The notes: generated by a model not told the origin, from the sequence alone. A stretch of 63,058 bases of DNA, filler included, from Folioceros fuciformis (GCA_049999805.1; 7 parts of 7 records of this genome joined end to end with filler, not necessarily neighbours in it); one strand, 5' to 3'; shown: positions 46,301-58,100, counted from the first letter of the whole stretch. Made by a program: numbers and translations.

Positions 46301-47984
46301 TACTCGTGTTAGACCCCCTCGTCATGCCTGGTCAGAACCCCCTTTTGTGGCTGGCCTAGCTTCCAAGCCTGTTACACCCAACTATGATACTTCAGAACCA
46401 GCCACCTACCTTGAAGCTATCACTGGTCCTGAAGCAGAATTTTGGAAGGAAGCCATAGACTCGGAGTATAACTCCCTTATGGCCAATGGGACATGGAAGC
46501 TTGTCGATCTACCTCAAGGCCGTAAACCAGTCTCCTGCAAGTGGGTGTTTAAGAAGAAGCTCAACACAGATGGGAGCGTAGGCCGATATAAGGCAAGGCT
46601 CGTTGCAAAGGGGTACAGTCAAGTAGCAGGCCTGGATTATAATGAGACATTCGCCCCTGTGGTGAAGTCTACATCCATTAGAATCCTGCTATCTCTGGCT
46701 GCACACTATGGCCTTCACGTTCACCAACTTGATGTGAAGACTGCTTTCCTTAATGGGTCATTGGACGAGGAGATTTATATGACACAGCCTGAAGGATATC
46801 AAGCGGATATGGAGAAAGTTTGCCTTCTGCTCAAGACTTTATATGGTTTAAAACAGTCCAGCAGAGCCTGGAACGAGACATTTCATTCCTTACTAGTTGA
46901 GCTAGGGTTTACATGTTTGGATGCAGATAGCAGTGTTTACATACTTTGGGATGGCGATGACTTTCTAATTCTAACAGTCTATGTCGATGACAATTTTCTT
47001 TTTAGTACCTCTTTGGACCTAATGTCTAGAATTAAGAGTGTTTTGTTGTCACGTTTCGACATGACTGACCTAGGACAACTTAGGTTTTCACTTGGTGTTC
47101 AGTTTCAATTCTCAGATGACAGGCACACAGTGGAGATCCACCAGGAGCACTTTGTTCACCAACTGCTTCAACGTTTCAACATGTTAGAAGCTCGTCCTGT
47201 CACAACTCCCATGTCTACCAGCGAGAAATTGTCTAAGGAGCACTGTCCTACAACACAAGAAGAAAAGGATTTAATGTCAACTCGACCCTACAGGCAGGCA
47301 GTAGGAAGTTTGATTTATTTGGCAGCCTGGACAAGACTGGACATCTCTCGGGCTGTTAGCAATGTATCACAATTTTTGGAGAATCCGGGTGAAGTGCACT
47401 GGGCAGCGGTTAAAAGGATCTTTCGTTATCTTAAGGGAACCCCTAGGCTAGGACTAAAGTACTCTAAGCAGCCTTCAGGGCTTGAGCTGGTTGCCTATTG
47501 CGATGCAGATTGGGCTGGTGACCCGGATAGTAGACGGAGCATCGCTGCCTATTGTAATCTTTTTGGAGGTTCAGCCATTTCCTGGAGCAGCAAGAAACTG
47601 GCCACTGTTTGTCTTTCGTCGACTGAAGCGGAATATGGTGCACTCTCTCAAGCAGCCAGGGAGATCATATGGCTGAGATCATTCCTCAAGGGACTTCAAC
47701 AGCTTGGGGCAGGGCCTACACAACTCTGGTGTGACAATCAGTCGGCAATTGCACTTACCAAAAACCCGGTTTTTCACTCAAGGTCGAAGCATATCGACAT
47801 TTCTCACCACTTTATAAGGCAGGCACATGACACTGGCGAGGTTGAGGTAAAGTACATCTCCACCAGTGATAATGTTGCGGACGTTCTAACAAAAGCTCTG
47901 TCTAAGATGCTCCACACAAAGCATGTCAGTGCTGCAGGTCTGTGCATAGCTTCTCCTTCTAGCAGACTAGGTGCAGCACACTGA
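43317..47984 (+). CDS. Intact copia gag-pol polyprotein, 1555 aa
   Basis: All motifs present: CCHC, DSGA, HHCC, D-D-E, YVDD, DADWA. Confidence 0.97.
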   Translation: MPPRRNPRAATSDDEFDLDSQGIIEPDEPPHRPSADDEGLQQHPSYRAAPQRTAFEFDFGHPTHPTAGTVEGRARGEPDTHHGRQQPLGRHDHQQLGTTSTSSMAVATTSASTGASSSAMAALPPSTLKIEFRDKDRFNGNDYNTWSMRLTQILEENELMSVVDGSEPIPAVQPAHATAATAINAADILAWQRKDRRARSILIASLDRNMMPHTLGANTSAAVWHSFNQIYKDKSSASQVYAHRDFYGMRMKENETVESYINRFRTARATLAYCGTTLTEPQAATSLLASLPDSYSHFVSSQFARSSAAVAGGLPGLSLEELLGALLAEERTKGFHKNKQGTHNNSRVLFTGRGRGSFRGRGRGGQGRGSNSTAKQPNLQRKIFTCNWCKIPGHLEKDCRKKRSGEPRRDTPVPESNISTSKPTSAKSPSILAVCLSSIQIQIDMWFLDSGATSHICFDRHAFHSFIPSPDPHQFVLLGDDSGLSIKGTGSVTVQLPDSSVMTLTGVLFVPAMTKNLMSVIKLAEEHSCRICFDHTGCSISRIPGWDDIFSGTPYNDLYLLNVRTLPQHSAHVSQSMSLSPTQLWHCRLGHVNFQRLSTLVNNTVFRDQLSFPIDNHAFCDSCQISKAISQPFRDQNLSRADSLLHTVHSDICGPMSTASLGGASYFLTFIDEWSRYCTVYLLHSKSDTFSCFQEYYAMAQRQTGSKLKILRSDNGGEYISHAFSDFCQTEGVVHQFTVPYTPAQNSFAERKNRTLQEATLSSLSFAGLTRGYWAEALVAANYVQNRLPTKELGLITPYERWTGKKPRITHLRIFGSPAYAFVPSKLRSKLDPKAVRRIFVGYGEDVKGYKLFDPTTRHISYSRSVIFHENALLRRHDSLLQPTSLPVPASIHGIDDSADYSTDQDADVSLFDFEDTPGITPSSASGGNGIHSQLSSDESPASPVSEPLEAVSAVSPDSDLRLDATITIPTQSIPAEPSSESDPPQPDSPVLRRSTRVRPPRHAWSEPPFVAGLASKPVTPNYDTSEPATYLEAITGPEAEFWKEAIDSEYNSLMANGTWKLVDLPQGRKPVSCKWVFKKKLNTDGSVGRYKARLVAKGYSQVAGLDYNETFAPVVKSTSIRILLSLAAHYGLHVHQLDVKTAFLNGSLDEEIYMTQPEGYQADMEKVCLLLKTLYGLKQSSRAWNETFHSLLVELGFTCLDADSSVYILWDGDDFLILTVYVDDNFLFSTSLDLMSRIKSVLLSRFDMTDLGQLRFSLGVQFQFSDDRHTVEIHQEHFVHQLLQRFNMLEARPVTTPMSTSEKLSKEHCPTTQEEKDLMSTRPYRQAVGSLIYLAAWTRLDISRAVSNVSQFLENPGEVHWAAVKRIFRYLKGTPRLGLKYSKQPSGLELVAYCDADWAGDPDSRRSIAAYCNLFGGSAISWSSKKLATVCLSSTEAEYGALSQAAREIIWLRSFLKGLQQLGAGPTQLWCDNQSAIALTKNPVFHSRSKHIDISHHFIRQAHDTGEVEVKYISTSDNVADVLTKALSKMLHTKHVSAAGLCIASPSSRLGAAH

Positions 47985-48004
47985 ACAGTCAGTCTTATCC
48001 ATGC

Positions 48005-48613
48005 CTATATCGTTACATGATAGCCACCATCTCTTATTTTCTTTTTCAGCGTCTGCATGAGTTCCTCTGTTTTCTAGAGTTCGTCCAGCAGAGCTGTTAT
48101 CATCACAAGCATAGAGGTTAGATAGTTGTAAACAGGCATGGAGGGACAAGTCCGTCAAACAGGATGGCAGGTAGGATGAAGAAGTCACTCACATGTAAGC
48201 TCCTGACCATCCTCACTGGGGTCGTCGTATTTTATTCTTTTTTTTATTTTTTTTCGCTTCTGTTTTTTCCCTTCAGAGGGAGCATTCTCACTCTTGTCAT
48301 AGACTTTGTTCCAGTCTTTCAGTTGCTGCTCCTCTCGCGTCTTAGCTGCATCAAAGTCAGTTGCTGGGTGTTCGCACACCATCCGATGGAGAGTCCACTG
48401 CCTAGCGGAGTATTTAGATGCAGGAATCCATTCCCTACCACAGTGAACACACTCGATGCCTCTTGAGGCATTCTCCCTCCTTGACTTATCCATCAGAATA
48501 CAGCAGTGTTTGCAATCAAGTAGCTTGGTAGCCAGCAGTATGATAAGGAACCAGGCCAGCAGGAGGACAGCGGCGAGGTTACACAGCTCAGATGTGGAAG
48601 TTTGGAGCGCCAT
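48005..48613 (-). CDS. Antisense two-exon gene of A2 (exon 1 48613-48193, intron 48192-48094, exon 2 from 48093; premature TAG at 48074-48076)
   Basis: TM LAAVLLLAWFLIILLATKLL, CKHC, CVHC-x17-H-x3-C. Donor GTGAGT, branch CTAAC, acceptor ACAG. Exon 2 reads SLLDEL*KTEELMQTLKKKIRDGGYH. Confidence 0.72.
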
Positions 48614-48859
48614 GAATTTTAAGGGCGTTGGATTGTAGCAGCAGCGTAAAAGGAACCAGCGCGCGAAAGCTTGCGGGTGGAGCGTAGCAGTTCACGTGGA
48701 GCACGCACAGACCCGGCGAAGGAAATTCTTACTCAAATTTCTATGATGAGTTTCCTTTTTCGTTTGAGTTTTTGGAAACCCGTTTTTGGGTACAAGCTTT
48801 ATAAGAGTTTTTTTTAATTCCCGATATTCTCTCAATTGTTTATATCGACTAAGAGGGAG

Positions 48860-49058
48860 TAAAGGAATAGAACTTTTACCTACTAATAGGTTAAGTTAAT
48901 TACACGTAGTCTCATAAACAGTTATAATAGGTTAGATGAGACTTCTATATACTCTTCTATTTCTGCTGACATAGATAACCGTTTTTACTCTCCTCTCGGC
49001 TGCTCACGCGCTCTTGCCACCCGCACGCTCGTGCCCCTCCGCATCCTGGATTGCATTA
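48860..49058 (+). repeat. 3' LTR of A2 (199 bp, TA...TA)
   Basis: Follows the PPT; ends GCATTA like the 5' LTR. Confidence 0.88.
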
Positions 49059-49679
49059 NNNNNNNNNNNNNNNNNNNNNNNNNNNNNNNNNNNNNNNNNN
49101 NNTTAATTAATTAANNNNNNNNNNNNNNNNNNNNNNNNNNNNNNNNNNNNNNNNNNNNCTGGCGAGGAATCGGGTCTGTGGCTGGTTTCCTGATGTTGGG
49201 CTGTGTCTCTGCAGGCTGCGCGCACTGGAGAGACATTCGAGCTGTAAAGGCTGCAGGTATCCCCTTGCGTGCCTGCTCCAGAGACTGCAGCTCTTTTTCT
49301 CTCGTTTGTGCAAGGTGGTGAAAAGATCGGATCTGCGTCTTGGCTCTTGATCTGTATGTTGGCAAGCCGCAGGCGCCATGGTATGCTGTTGGATCCTAGC
49401 GGTACTGAGGCCAGATGCTTATATCAACGCTGAAGCTTCATCCATCTGGTAAGTCAGTTTTGGTTGCGGGCGGGCATCGTAGCTTGACCACTGATAACCA
49501 GCGATGCCTGGTTGTATCTCGTTGGTTAGGTTTAGCTGATCGGCATAGCCGTGCACCCTCGTGTGACAGGTGAGTGTGGAAGCTGGGCTGTAGGGGCTGC
49601 AGGGGGAATATGCGGCATCAGCTCGGTCAGCCGTCCGCAGGTAGCTTGCTGGTTTCCCCCTCTCATTCACGCAGCCCTT

Positions 49680-52600
49680 TCATGTGTCAATGTGGGCAGA
49701 ATAGTCACTGAGGCCAAGCCCCTGCATATGTAGATAGTGGGGGAGCTTGGGCAAACCCTTTGTAAAAATGTCTGCCGTGTTTGAGTCTGTACTTACGTGA
49801 CTAACCTTGATGATGCCCCTGGATACCAGATCTCGAATATAGTGATGGTGCACTTCGATGTGCTTCGTTCGTGCGTGGAAGGTTGGCTTGGATACAAGCT
49901 CCAGGGCTGAAGTATTGTCACATAAGATAATTGTGGGATCTAGTTGCGGGTGGCCAAGACCTGTAAGGAAACTTCTTTCCCACTCTGCTTCTTTGGCTGC
50001 TTCAGTCAGCGACTTATATTCAGCTTCAGTGGAGCTAAGGGCAATGGTGGTCTGTTTTTTGCTGCTCCAGGTGACTGCTACTGAAGCAAGAAGAAAACAA
50101 TAAGAGGAAATGCTACGCCTGGAGTCTGAATCCGAGGCCCAATCAGCATCTGAGTAACCAGATAAGGTGAGTCATTGGTCCCCACTTCTCCTGTACATGA
50201 GGCCATAGTTTATCGTGCCTTGGAGATAACGAAAAATTCGTTTCACTGTTGTCCAGTGAATTCTCCCGGGACACTCAAGGAATTGGGATACTGTGCTGAC
50301 AGCGTACTGTATATCGGGCCGTGTCCAGTTGGCGACGAACAACAAGCTACCCACTGCGTGCCTATAAGGTACACCCTCCATGTCCTTCAATTCATCTGGG
50401 GTTTGTGGGCTCTGCCGGCGAGTTAATTTGGTGCCAACTGCATATGGAGTCGTGGCAGGTCTTGCCTGGTCTAGATGGAACTTGCGTAGGATTTCAGTTA
50501 TATACTTTCTCTGGTGTATATACATGATCCCAGCATCGCGAACTCGCAGAATTTGAATGCCTAGGCAGTACCTCAACTCTCCAATGTCCTTCATGTCAAA
50601 CCTCTGGTGTAGCTGCTTCTTTACGTCTGCTAACAGTGCATGGTCGTTTGTAGCAAGGATCAAGTCGTCGACGTAGAGAGCAAGGAGCACAGTAGAGGTT
50701 CCTCTCATGAGCATGTATACGTTTGTGTCAGCAGTATTCTAAACGAAGTCAATGCTGATTAGGTAAACATGCATTGTAAGATACCATACCCTGCCGCTTT
50801 GCTTCAGTCCGTAGATACATTTCAATAACCTGAGAACTTGATGCGGGTGTGCAGGGTCTTCGTAGCCTTCGGGCTGAAACATATACAGCTCCTCCTCAAG
50901 GATCCCATACAAGAAGGCAGTGCATACGTCCATTTGCTCGAGGTCAAGGTCAAACTCTGTGGCATAAGCAAGGATGAGGCGAATGGATTGGCTGCGAACT
51001 ACAGGTGAGAATGTTTCCTGGTAGTCCAGCCCTTCCACTTGAGTGAATCCTCGCGCCACAAGTCGTGCTTTGAACCTGGCGACTTCACCTTTGGCATTTA
51101 ATTTTAGTTTGAATGTCCATTTGCAGGATATGGCTTTCCTGCCTGGAGGGAGATCAGTGAGCGTCCAGGTTTTGTTCTTCACCAAGGATTGGTATTCTTC
51201 CTCAACTGCCTGCTTCCATTGCTCACGTTGAGGACCTGTGAATGCCTGAGTTAATGTAGTGGGTTCCTCAGGTAAGGACAAAGCTGGTCCGAGGGAGGGG
51301 ACTGCATGGGTTCGAGAATCAGTGGATGCATAGGGAGGTTCCTTCCATTCAGATGGAGGAGGTCTGTGACATGTGGAACGGTGGGGGAGATCGACATCTG
51401 GGTCAACCTGGGGTGGAGGCTGTGCAGGGTTAGCCAAGGTATGTGTATCATCAGCTAGCCCTACATCCCCCTCTGCGTCCAACACAGGTTGAGCAGGGAT
51501 GGCATCCATGGTGTCTGCATCTATGGTTTCGCCTTCAACATATGCATCTGCGTCTGCCTCAATGTGGTGGGGAAGGTCTAAATTGTGACTTTCTGCAGGC
51601 ACAGGAGGTGGAACCACGGGTTCAGGCTCATCATCATCAAGGGGGAAAACAGCAGGTTGATCAGCCGGAGAGGAAGTTGTAGGGTCCTCTGGTGGGCTGT
51701 GTTCGGAGGCAGGACTATGGAGTTCAACAAAGGTGACGCTCCTAGCAAGAACAATAGTATCAGTGTCTGGGTTATACAGCTTGTAGGCTTTTGAGTGTTC
51801 ACTGTAGCCAACCAGGATAAGTGCCTCAGCGCGGCTGTCTAACTTATGTCTTTTCTCCTTAGGTATATAGGCATAAGCGCGGGATCCAAAGACCCGGAGG
51901 TGGAAGAGGCTGGGCTTCTTGTTCCAAAATACCTCAAATGGGGTTTTGTTTGGGACAGTGCTGGTGAGGACACGGTTGACGATGTACGTCGTTGTCACTA
52001 TAGCCTCCGCCCAATAACCCTGAGGTAAGCCTGCCCATAACAACATGCTTCTTGTCATGGACAGTAAAGCCTGATTTTTCCTTTCTGATACTCCGTTTTA
52101 TTGGGGCGTATAGGGCACTGTTGTCTGGTGCGGTATCCCATGAGACTGCAGCAGGTCTTCAAAGTTGGAGTTAACAAATTAAGTGCCATTGTCTGTCCTA
52201 AAGGTCTTCAAGAGCTGCCCAGACTGTCGCTGAGCAGTGGTAAGCCAATCCTTGAAAAATCCATAAGTGTCACTCTTGAGTTCCATTGGAAATGTCCATG
52301 TGTACCGGCTGTAGTCATCAGTGATAGTGAAGAAGTAGCGGGCACCTCCTAGTGAGGGCTCATGGACCTTGCCTGAGATGTCAGCATGGACTAACTCAAG
52401 GGCTCTTGTGGCTCTCTGTGCAGGTGAGTTAGGGAGTGGCAGCTCCTTTTGCTTGGCTAGTATGCAAGGTTCACACACAGGTAGTTGTTTAAAGCATTTC
52501 GGTAGAGGCTCACGATGGCATCCTAAGACTGACATGTCTATCAACTTGGACTTGTTGATGTGGCCCAAACGGGCGTGCCAAAGCAAGGCCTGCTGTTCTT

Positions 52601-53862
52601 GACTTAGGTTAAAAGATGAGGTTGAGTGAGTAGCCTCATATGAGTAGCCTGTACAGGTAATGTTAAGTCTGTACAGGTTACTTTCGGGCAGACCCTCGAA
52701 AACACATGTGTGGGGAGATGACTGCCTGTAGAAACAGCAGTGTTCAGAGTCTGCATGCATGTAGAACATGCGTTGACGCATGATCTGACTCATAGACATG
52801 AGGTTTTTGGCCATGCTTGGGACATAGATGACATCATCTAGGGTTAACTCTGTGCCATCATGCAGTGTGAAGACACAAGTGCCTCTACCCTGAATAGGTA
52901 AGCTTGACTTACTTTGTTCATCCGCAAGAAATACCTGACCTCCTGTTTGCGTCAGGTCTAGGGTTCTGAAAAGTTCCTTTTTCTTGCAGATGTGAGTGGT
53001 GGCCCCCGAATCAAGATACCAGCAGTTGTCATCACTCTGTGTGCTGAACAGGCATACTGTAAGTATCTTCACGGGGGCCTTGGAGTCTGATTTGCTCTGC
53101 TTCACTGCTACATTTGCTGTAGCCTTTGGCTGACGTTGGGGCTCACCTGCCTTCCGTTTGCGGCATTCTCTTGCCCAGTGGCCAGGGAGGCCACACCAGT
53201 TGCAACTGCCAGGGCGTTTGGCAGCATTGGAGGGTTCTCCCCTCTGTCCTTGTGCTATTCCTCCTCGGAACCTTGACTTGCCTTTGCGGAAATTGGTCAC
53301 TAATGCTTTCTCCCCTCTGTTCTTGGCAGCTGAGGAGAAAGTGCAACTCTGCTCCTCCTGGAACAGTGCACCAATCACCTCCTCCAGGGTGATGGTCACT
53401 GACTGGCCGGAGGCAGCAGCTGCAGCACGTATGGGACCGTTTTGACTTGTCACAAAGGTCTGGTACGAGGCAGGGAGACTGGTCAGGAGCTGGGCGATAG
53501 CGTCCACTTCCGACATCTTCTCTCCTGTCATAGCTGTAAGTTGAGCACGTAGGTGTCTAAACTTGCAGACGTGGGAAGCTACTTTGTCTCCCTCCTTCAT
53601 TTTCAGAGAGTAGAACTCCTGCCTTACTTCGCATAGAGTCATCATGTTCTGAATTTTGTAGGTTTTCTCTAACTGATCCCATATGGCGTGTGCAGATGTG
53701 AGGTATTCCACATCAGGGACAAGGTCTGAGTCCAGTCCACCAATAATCAGCGCGACAGCAATTGCATTGAACTACTCCCATTTGGCAATCTCTTCTGGGG
53801 TTGGTGCTGGGCTGTTGGACGGGTCAGGTTTGAGGTATGTTCCATCTACAGTGGTCCAAACT
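49680..53862 (-). pseudogene. Degenerate copia gag-pol, element C4 (C1 family, in-frame stops)
   Basis: CNWCGLPGHWAREC, YLDSGAT, HADISG, YVDD in ORFs 52179-53711, 50739-52058 and 50172-50714. Confidence 0.93.
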
Positions 53863-53962
53863 NNNNNNNNNNNNNNNNNNNNNNNNNNNNNNNNNNNNNN
53901 NNNNNNTTAATTAATTAANNNNNNNNNNNNNNNNNNNNNNNNNNNNNNNNNNNNNNNNNNNN

Positions 53963-54240
53963 TGTGGAAAATGCGTGAATAGTTAGGTTTAACATTTAAT
54001 AGCCAGACTTAATTATTTATTTATTTATTAGGGCGAAAGTCGGGGTATGAAACGCTGGGAGCGTTTCATAGAGTCATAGTTTTTCATAAGGGTCGCAACC
54101 CTAACCAACAGCCACCACCGAACCGGTGCACGCACTCTCTCTCCTGGCTTAAGGCCACTTTTGGCCACGCCTAATCTTAATCTTGTTTTTTTTCTACTAA
54201 TGATGTGCATGTAATTCGATCCTAGACCACAAATTTGTTA
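53963..54240 (+). repeat. 5' LTR of G (TG...TA)
   Basis: Direct repeat of 60284-60559; abuts the PBS. Confidence 0.95.
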
Positions 54241-54538
54241 TGGTATCAGAGCTTTGTTAAGGCATTGAAGCGGTCCACCGCCTTCTGTCGAGAGCATCAC
54301 ATTTCTGAACAGAACGAGGATGGACATCTTCAAGTGATTAGAAGGAAAAAATGGATCCAGCATCTCCTCCTGGCAGTTGCGCTGTCTGCAAAAGCACAAA
54401 CTGTATTAAAAGCCTGTCGCATGCTCAATTCTGCAGTCTAATTTCTGCATTAGAGCAAGCACTTAGCAGTTTTGGAGAGATGTCGGATGCATTCCTTGCA
54501 GAAGCTGTTGCACACTATTACAGTTAGTGTCTAGCATT

Positions 54539-55153
54539 ATGCCGAGAGCTCGAGGGAAGGGTAAATTACCCGTAGACCCGTTTGCATGCAGTTCTGGCCT
54601 GAGTGTAGAAGCACAACATAAGAACCTTCAACACTTCTTTAACCTGTGTCCCAGACCTGCATCACACAAATATTCTAATCAGAACCAGAGACAGGCTAAT
54701 CCTGATCCCCTAGCGGGTCTTAGGCAGCAAATTTGCAAGGAAATAAATCAATCTCTTGCAATTAGTGCACAAAGAGCAAGAGAAACACCCACCTGTAAAA
54801 TTTGTGCGAGTACATATCCTCCCAAGCCTAATCTAACCCTCCGGGATTTATACAATAGTTTCAGGTCTGAATCAGAGTGGCACAGGCAGCAGGTGTCCGA
54901 TCTGACAGATAGAGTTATAAACTCTCAAAGGCATATAGTGACCCTCACCCGTCAGATAGAATTGCTGGCCAGACACCCTGCATTCAATAAATCTGCCAAG
55001 CAGCCTGACCTGACTAGTTCAGACCCTGAGATAGACGAATCCCAGCCAGTTTCCTTGAGTCATGGGAACGAGAAACCATTTCTTGGTCAACTCATGATAA
55101 GGCATCTTTGTAACCTGGCTCATGTCCAGCAGCAACCGAGGAAGGGGGACTAG
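54539..55153 (+). CDS. ORF0 of G (204 aa; MPRARGKGK, CKIC, coiled-coil), overlapping the gag start
   Basis: Open frame between PBS and gag, overlapping gag by 32 nt in another frame. Confidence 0.62.
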   Translation: MPRARGKGKLPVDPFACSSGLSVEAQHKNLQHFFNLCPRPASHKYSNQNQRQANPDPLAGLRQQICKEINQSLAISAQRARETPTCKICASTYPPKPNLTLRDLYNSFRSESEWHRQQVSDLTDRVINSQRHIVTLTRQIELLARHPAFNKSAKQPDLTSSDPEIDESQPVSLSHGNEKPFLGQLMIRHLCNLAHVQQQPRKGD

Positions 55154-58100
55154 AAATCCAAGAGGCAGGCGTAGAGGTCGTGGAGCAGGAAGGGGAGGAA
55201 ACACAAATCCAGATCCATTCCTAGTTGATCCACTAGGCCTGAACCAAGAGGCTGCCTCCTCCCAGTCAAACACAGGCCCTTCAACTGTATCGGTTGCACA
55301 GCTAGTCGAGGCATACACATTAGCACAAGCGGGCCAATCTCTTGCACATCAAACGGTTGGAAATATGGGAACCAATCAACCACAGACTGTCACAAACAAT
55401 ACAACCACTGTTACAAACTTTAAGATAGACTTCAAGGAAAAGGACAGGTTCAGTGGTACCCAATTTGACATCTGGGCACTCAGAGTTCAGACCATCTTGA
55501 GAGAACACGATCTTTGGGAGATCGTGACGGGCACAGTGCCCAAACCTCCGCAAGGAGCAGCCCAGGCAGACGTAGATAAATGGGCAAAATCAGATCTTCG
55601 AGCTCTAGGCATCATTCAGGCAGCCCTCGATGGGTCGATGATGCATCATACTCAAGATGCTGCAACAACAAAAGATGTGTGGGACTCTCTAAACCAGATC
55701 TACAGAGTGTCAAATGGCTCATCGATGGTGAGTGCTACCCGTGCCTTCTACAATTGCAAGATGAAAGAGCACGAGTCAGTGGAACAGCATGTCATAAAAT
55801 TCAGAATGCTAAGGTCCAAGCTAACCTCTAGCGGGACGACCACGACGGAGATGCAGGCTGCTGTGGCCCTTCTCCTATCTCTGCCTGACAGTTACCGTGT
55901 CTTCGTAAGCAACCACTGCACACACATGAGGAATGTGGCCCAGGCCACACCAGCCGGTGGAACACCTGCAGTTTCCCTCTCAGACTTAATTGGAGCCTTG
56001 CTTGAGGAAGAATCCACAAGGATCGCAAGCAGGGGTGGTACCTCCTCCAGGGGAGAGTCCTCAAATCGAGTTCTCTACACTAACAGAGGCTCAAAGAGAC
56101 AGCCACCACGACAGGGAAAACAGTATCAGAATGCTGGAAGCAGTGGGAGCTTCAATCGTCGACCACCAACTGCAGCTACAAAGAAGAAGGGCACCTGCAA
56201 TTGGTGCCTCATCCTAGGTCACTGGGAGGCAGAATGCAGGAAAAAGAAGGCAGGAGAGCCTCGGAGGACAACTCCACCCGAAGCCAACATGGCATCTAGA
56301 AAGTCCAACACTGTTCTAGCAGTCTACATGGTGTCAACACCGCAATCTAGATATGCGTGGTACCTCGATTCAGGTGCATCGTCGCACATTTGTCATACTA
56401 GATCAGCATTCTCCGAATATAGAAAGGTGCCGAGTGGTCAGGTTGTACTACTTGGTGACGATCGGGGTCTGCCCATCAAAGGAATAGGCAAGGTCCCTGT
56501 CCAGTCCACAACTGGAAGAGTGGAAGTGCTTTTAGAAGTACTGCATGTACCAACCCTGGTCAAGAATCTTGTGTCAGTCTACCTGCTAGACACACAACAC
56601 AAGCTAAGCACCGTTTGTGCCGATGGCAAGTGCCATATAATCGACCAGGCAAACAAATCTGAGTTGTTTGCAATAGGAACACCAGAGCATAACCTGTACA
56701 GGCTGGATCTCGAGTATGGACATGGCAGTCCAGTGGCAAACCTGACACAAGCACAGAAGGACGAACGAGATGTCAGACTGTGGCATGCTCGTTTGGGTCA
56801 TACAAACTTTGATAAGTTAAAACTGATGGCCAAGAGTGACACTCTTTACCGTGAAAAATTCCAACTGAAGTCTGTGGAGAAGCCTTTCTGTGAGGCATGT
56901 GTGTTTGGGAAACACCACCGAGCTCCATACAAGGACAGCAACCCAACACGTGCTACCAAGCTCCTGGAGCTTGTGCATACGGAAATCTGTGGACCCATGT
57001 CCACAATGTCACTCGGAGGAGCTAGGTACTTCTTGTCATTCATAGATGACTGGAGCCGATACACAGTGGTGTATCCCATCAAACAAAAGAGTCAGACACT
57101 TGACTGCTTCATGGAGTTTGTGATGTTTGCACAAAGGCAAACAGGCCAGCTGCTTAAAACCTTGAGGAGTGATAATGGAGGCGAGTACATTTCAGATGCA
57201 TTCGCCAGTTTCTGCAAGGGAGAAGGCATAGCCAGGCAGCTGACAACTCCATATACGTCAGCACAAAATCCCATTGCTGAAATCTCAAACAGGCACACAC
57301 AAGAATCAGCCAAGTCAATGCTTCAGCAGGCACGTCTCTCGAGAGGATACTGGGCTGAAGCAGTATGTACAGCTGTGTACATTAGGAACAGAGTTCCAAC
57401 CAGCGCATTCACTGGTGCAACACCATATGAGCGCTGGACAAATCACAAACCGAGAATCAACCATCTCAGGATTTTCGGTGCAACTGCATATGCTCACCTG
57501 GCGGAGGAACAACGAGTCAAACTCGACTACAAAGCCCGCAAGTACGTCTTTGTAGGTTACCCGGAAGGAATTAAGGGGTACAAACTGATGGACCCCAGTA
57601 CCAGGAGCGTAACACACTGTCGGAGTGTGGTGTTTGATGAGTTGTCACTGCTCGCACCTCAACCTGAGCTCACAGAGCGGATTCCTGCATAAGAGGCCTC
57701 CACAAGCGAGGTGTCAGAAGGAGAAACCAGTGAGGAAACCCTCCAGCACACAACAACTACAACGCAGCATGTGCACATACCTGCTGCAGTTGGAAACTTG
57801 TCAGCAAGTGTTTTCCCAGATGATGAAGAGGGAGAATCATCCTATGACACCCAAACTGAAACACCGGCTGACAATGAAGATGCTGAGGATACAGAGGGTT
57901 CTCATGCAGGCAGTCATCACGAGGCTGCCGAATCACAGACTGAACAAGGGCAGTCTTCTGAAGTGGTGGTGGAGTCAGCTCCAGAACCTGAAGGTCCAAG
58001 ACGGAGCAGCAGGAGACATACTGCCTCACCTGACGAATGGTTTGAACCACCTCTCACATACAGTTCCTTCCTGGTGCAGGATGATAGTGAGCTGGGCAAC

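Larger units (their letters stand above)
42770..49058 (+). mobile_element. Ty1/copia element A2, essentially complete and young
   Basis: The 5' LTR tail 42770-42816 is identical to the end of the 3' LTR 48860-49058. PBS 42817-42829, PPT 48851-48859, intact ORF. Confidence 0.97.

Noticed and set aside
47967-48188. 73-aa ORF-track ORF as a gene
   Set aside because: Not conserved in A1. The conserved peptide lies in a different frame.
57690-57692. Stop-codon readthrough in element G pol
   Set aside because: Single TAA in a variable linker, consistent with CAA-to-TAA decay and not shared by other elements.
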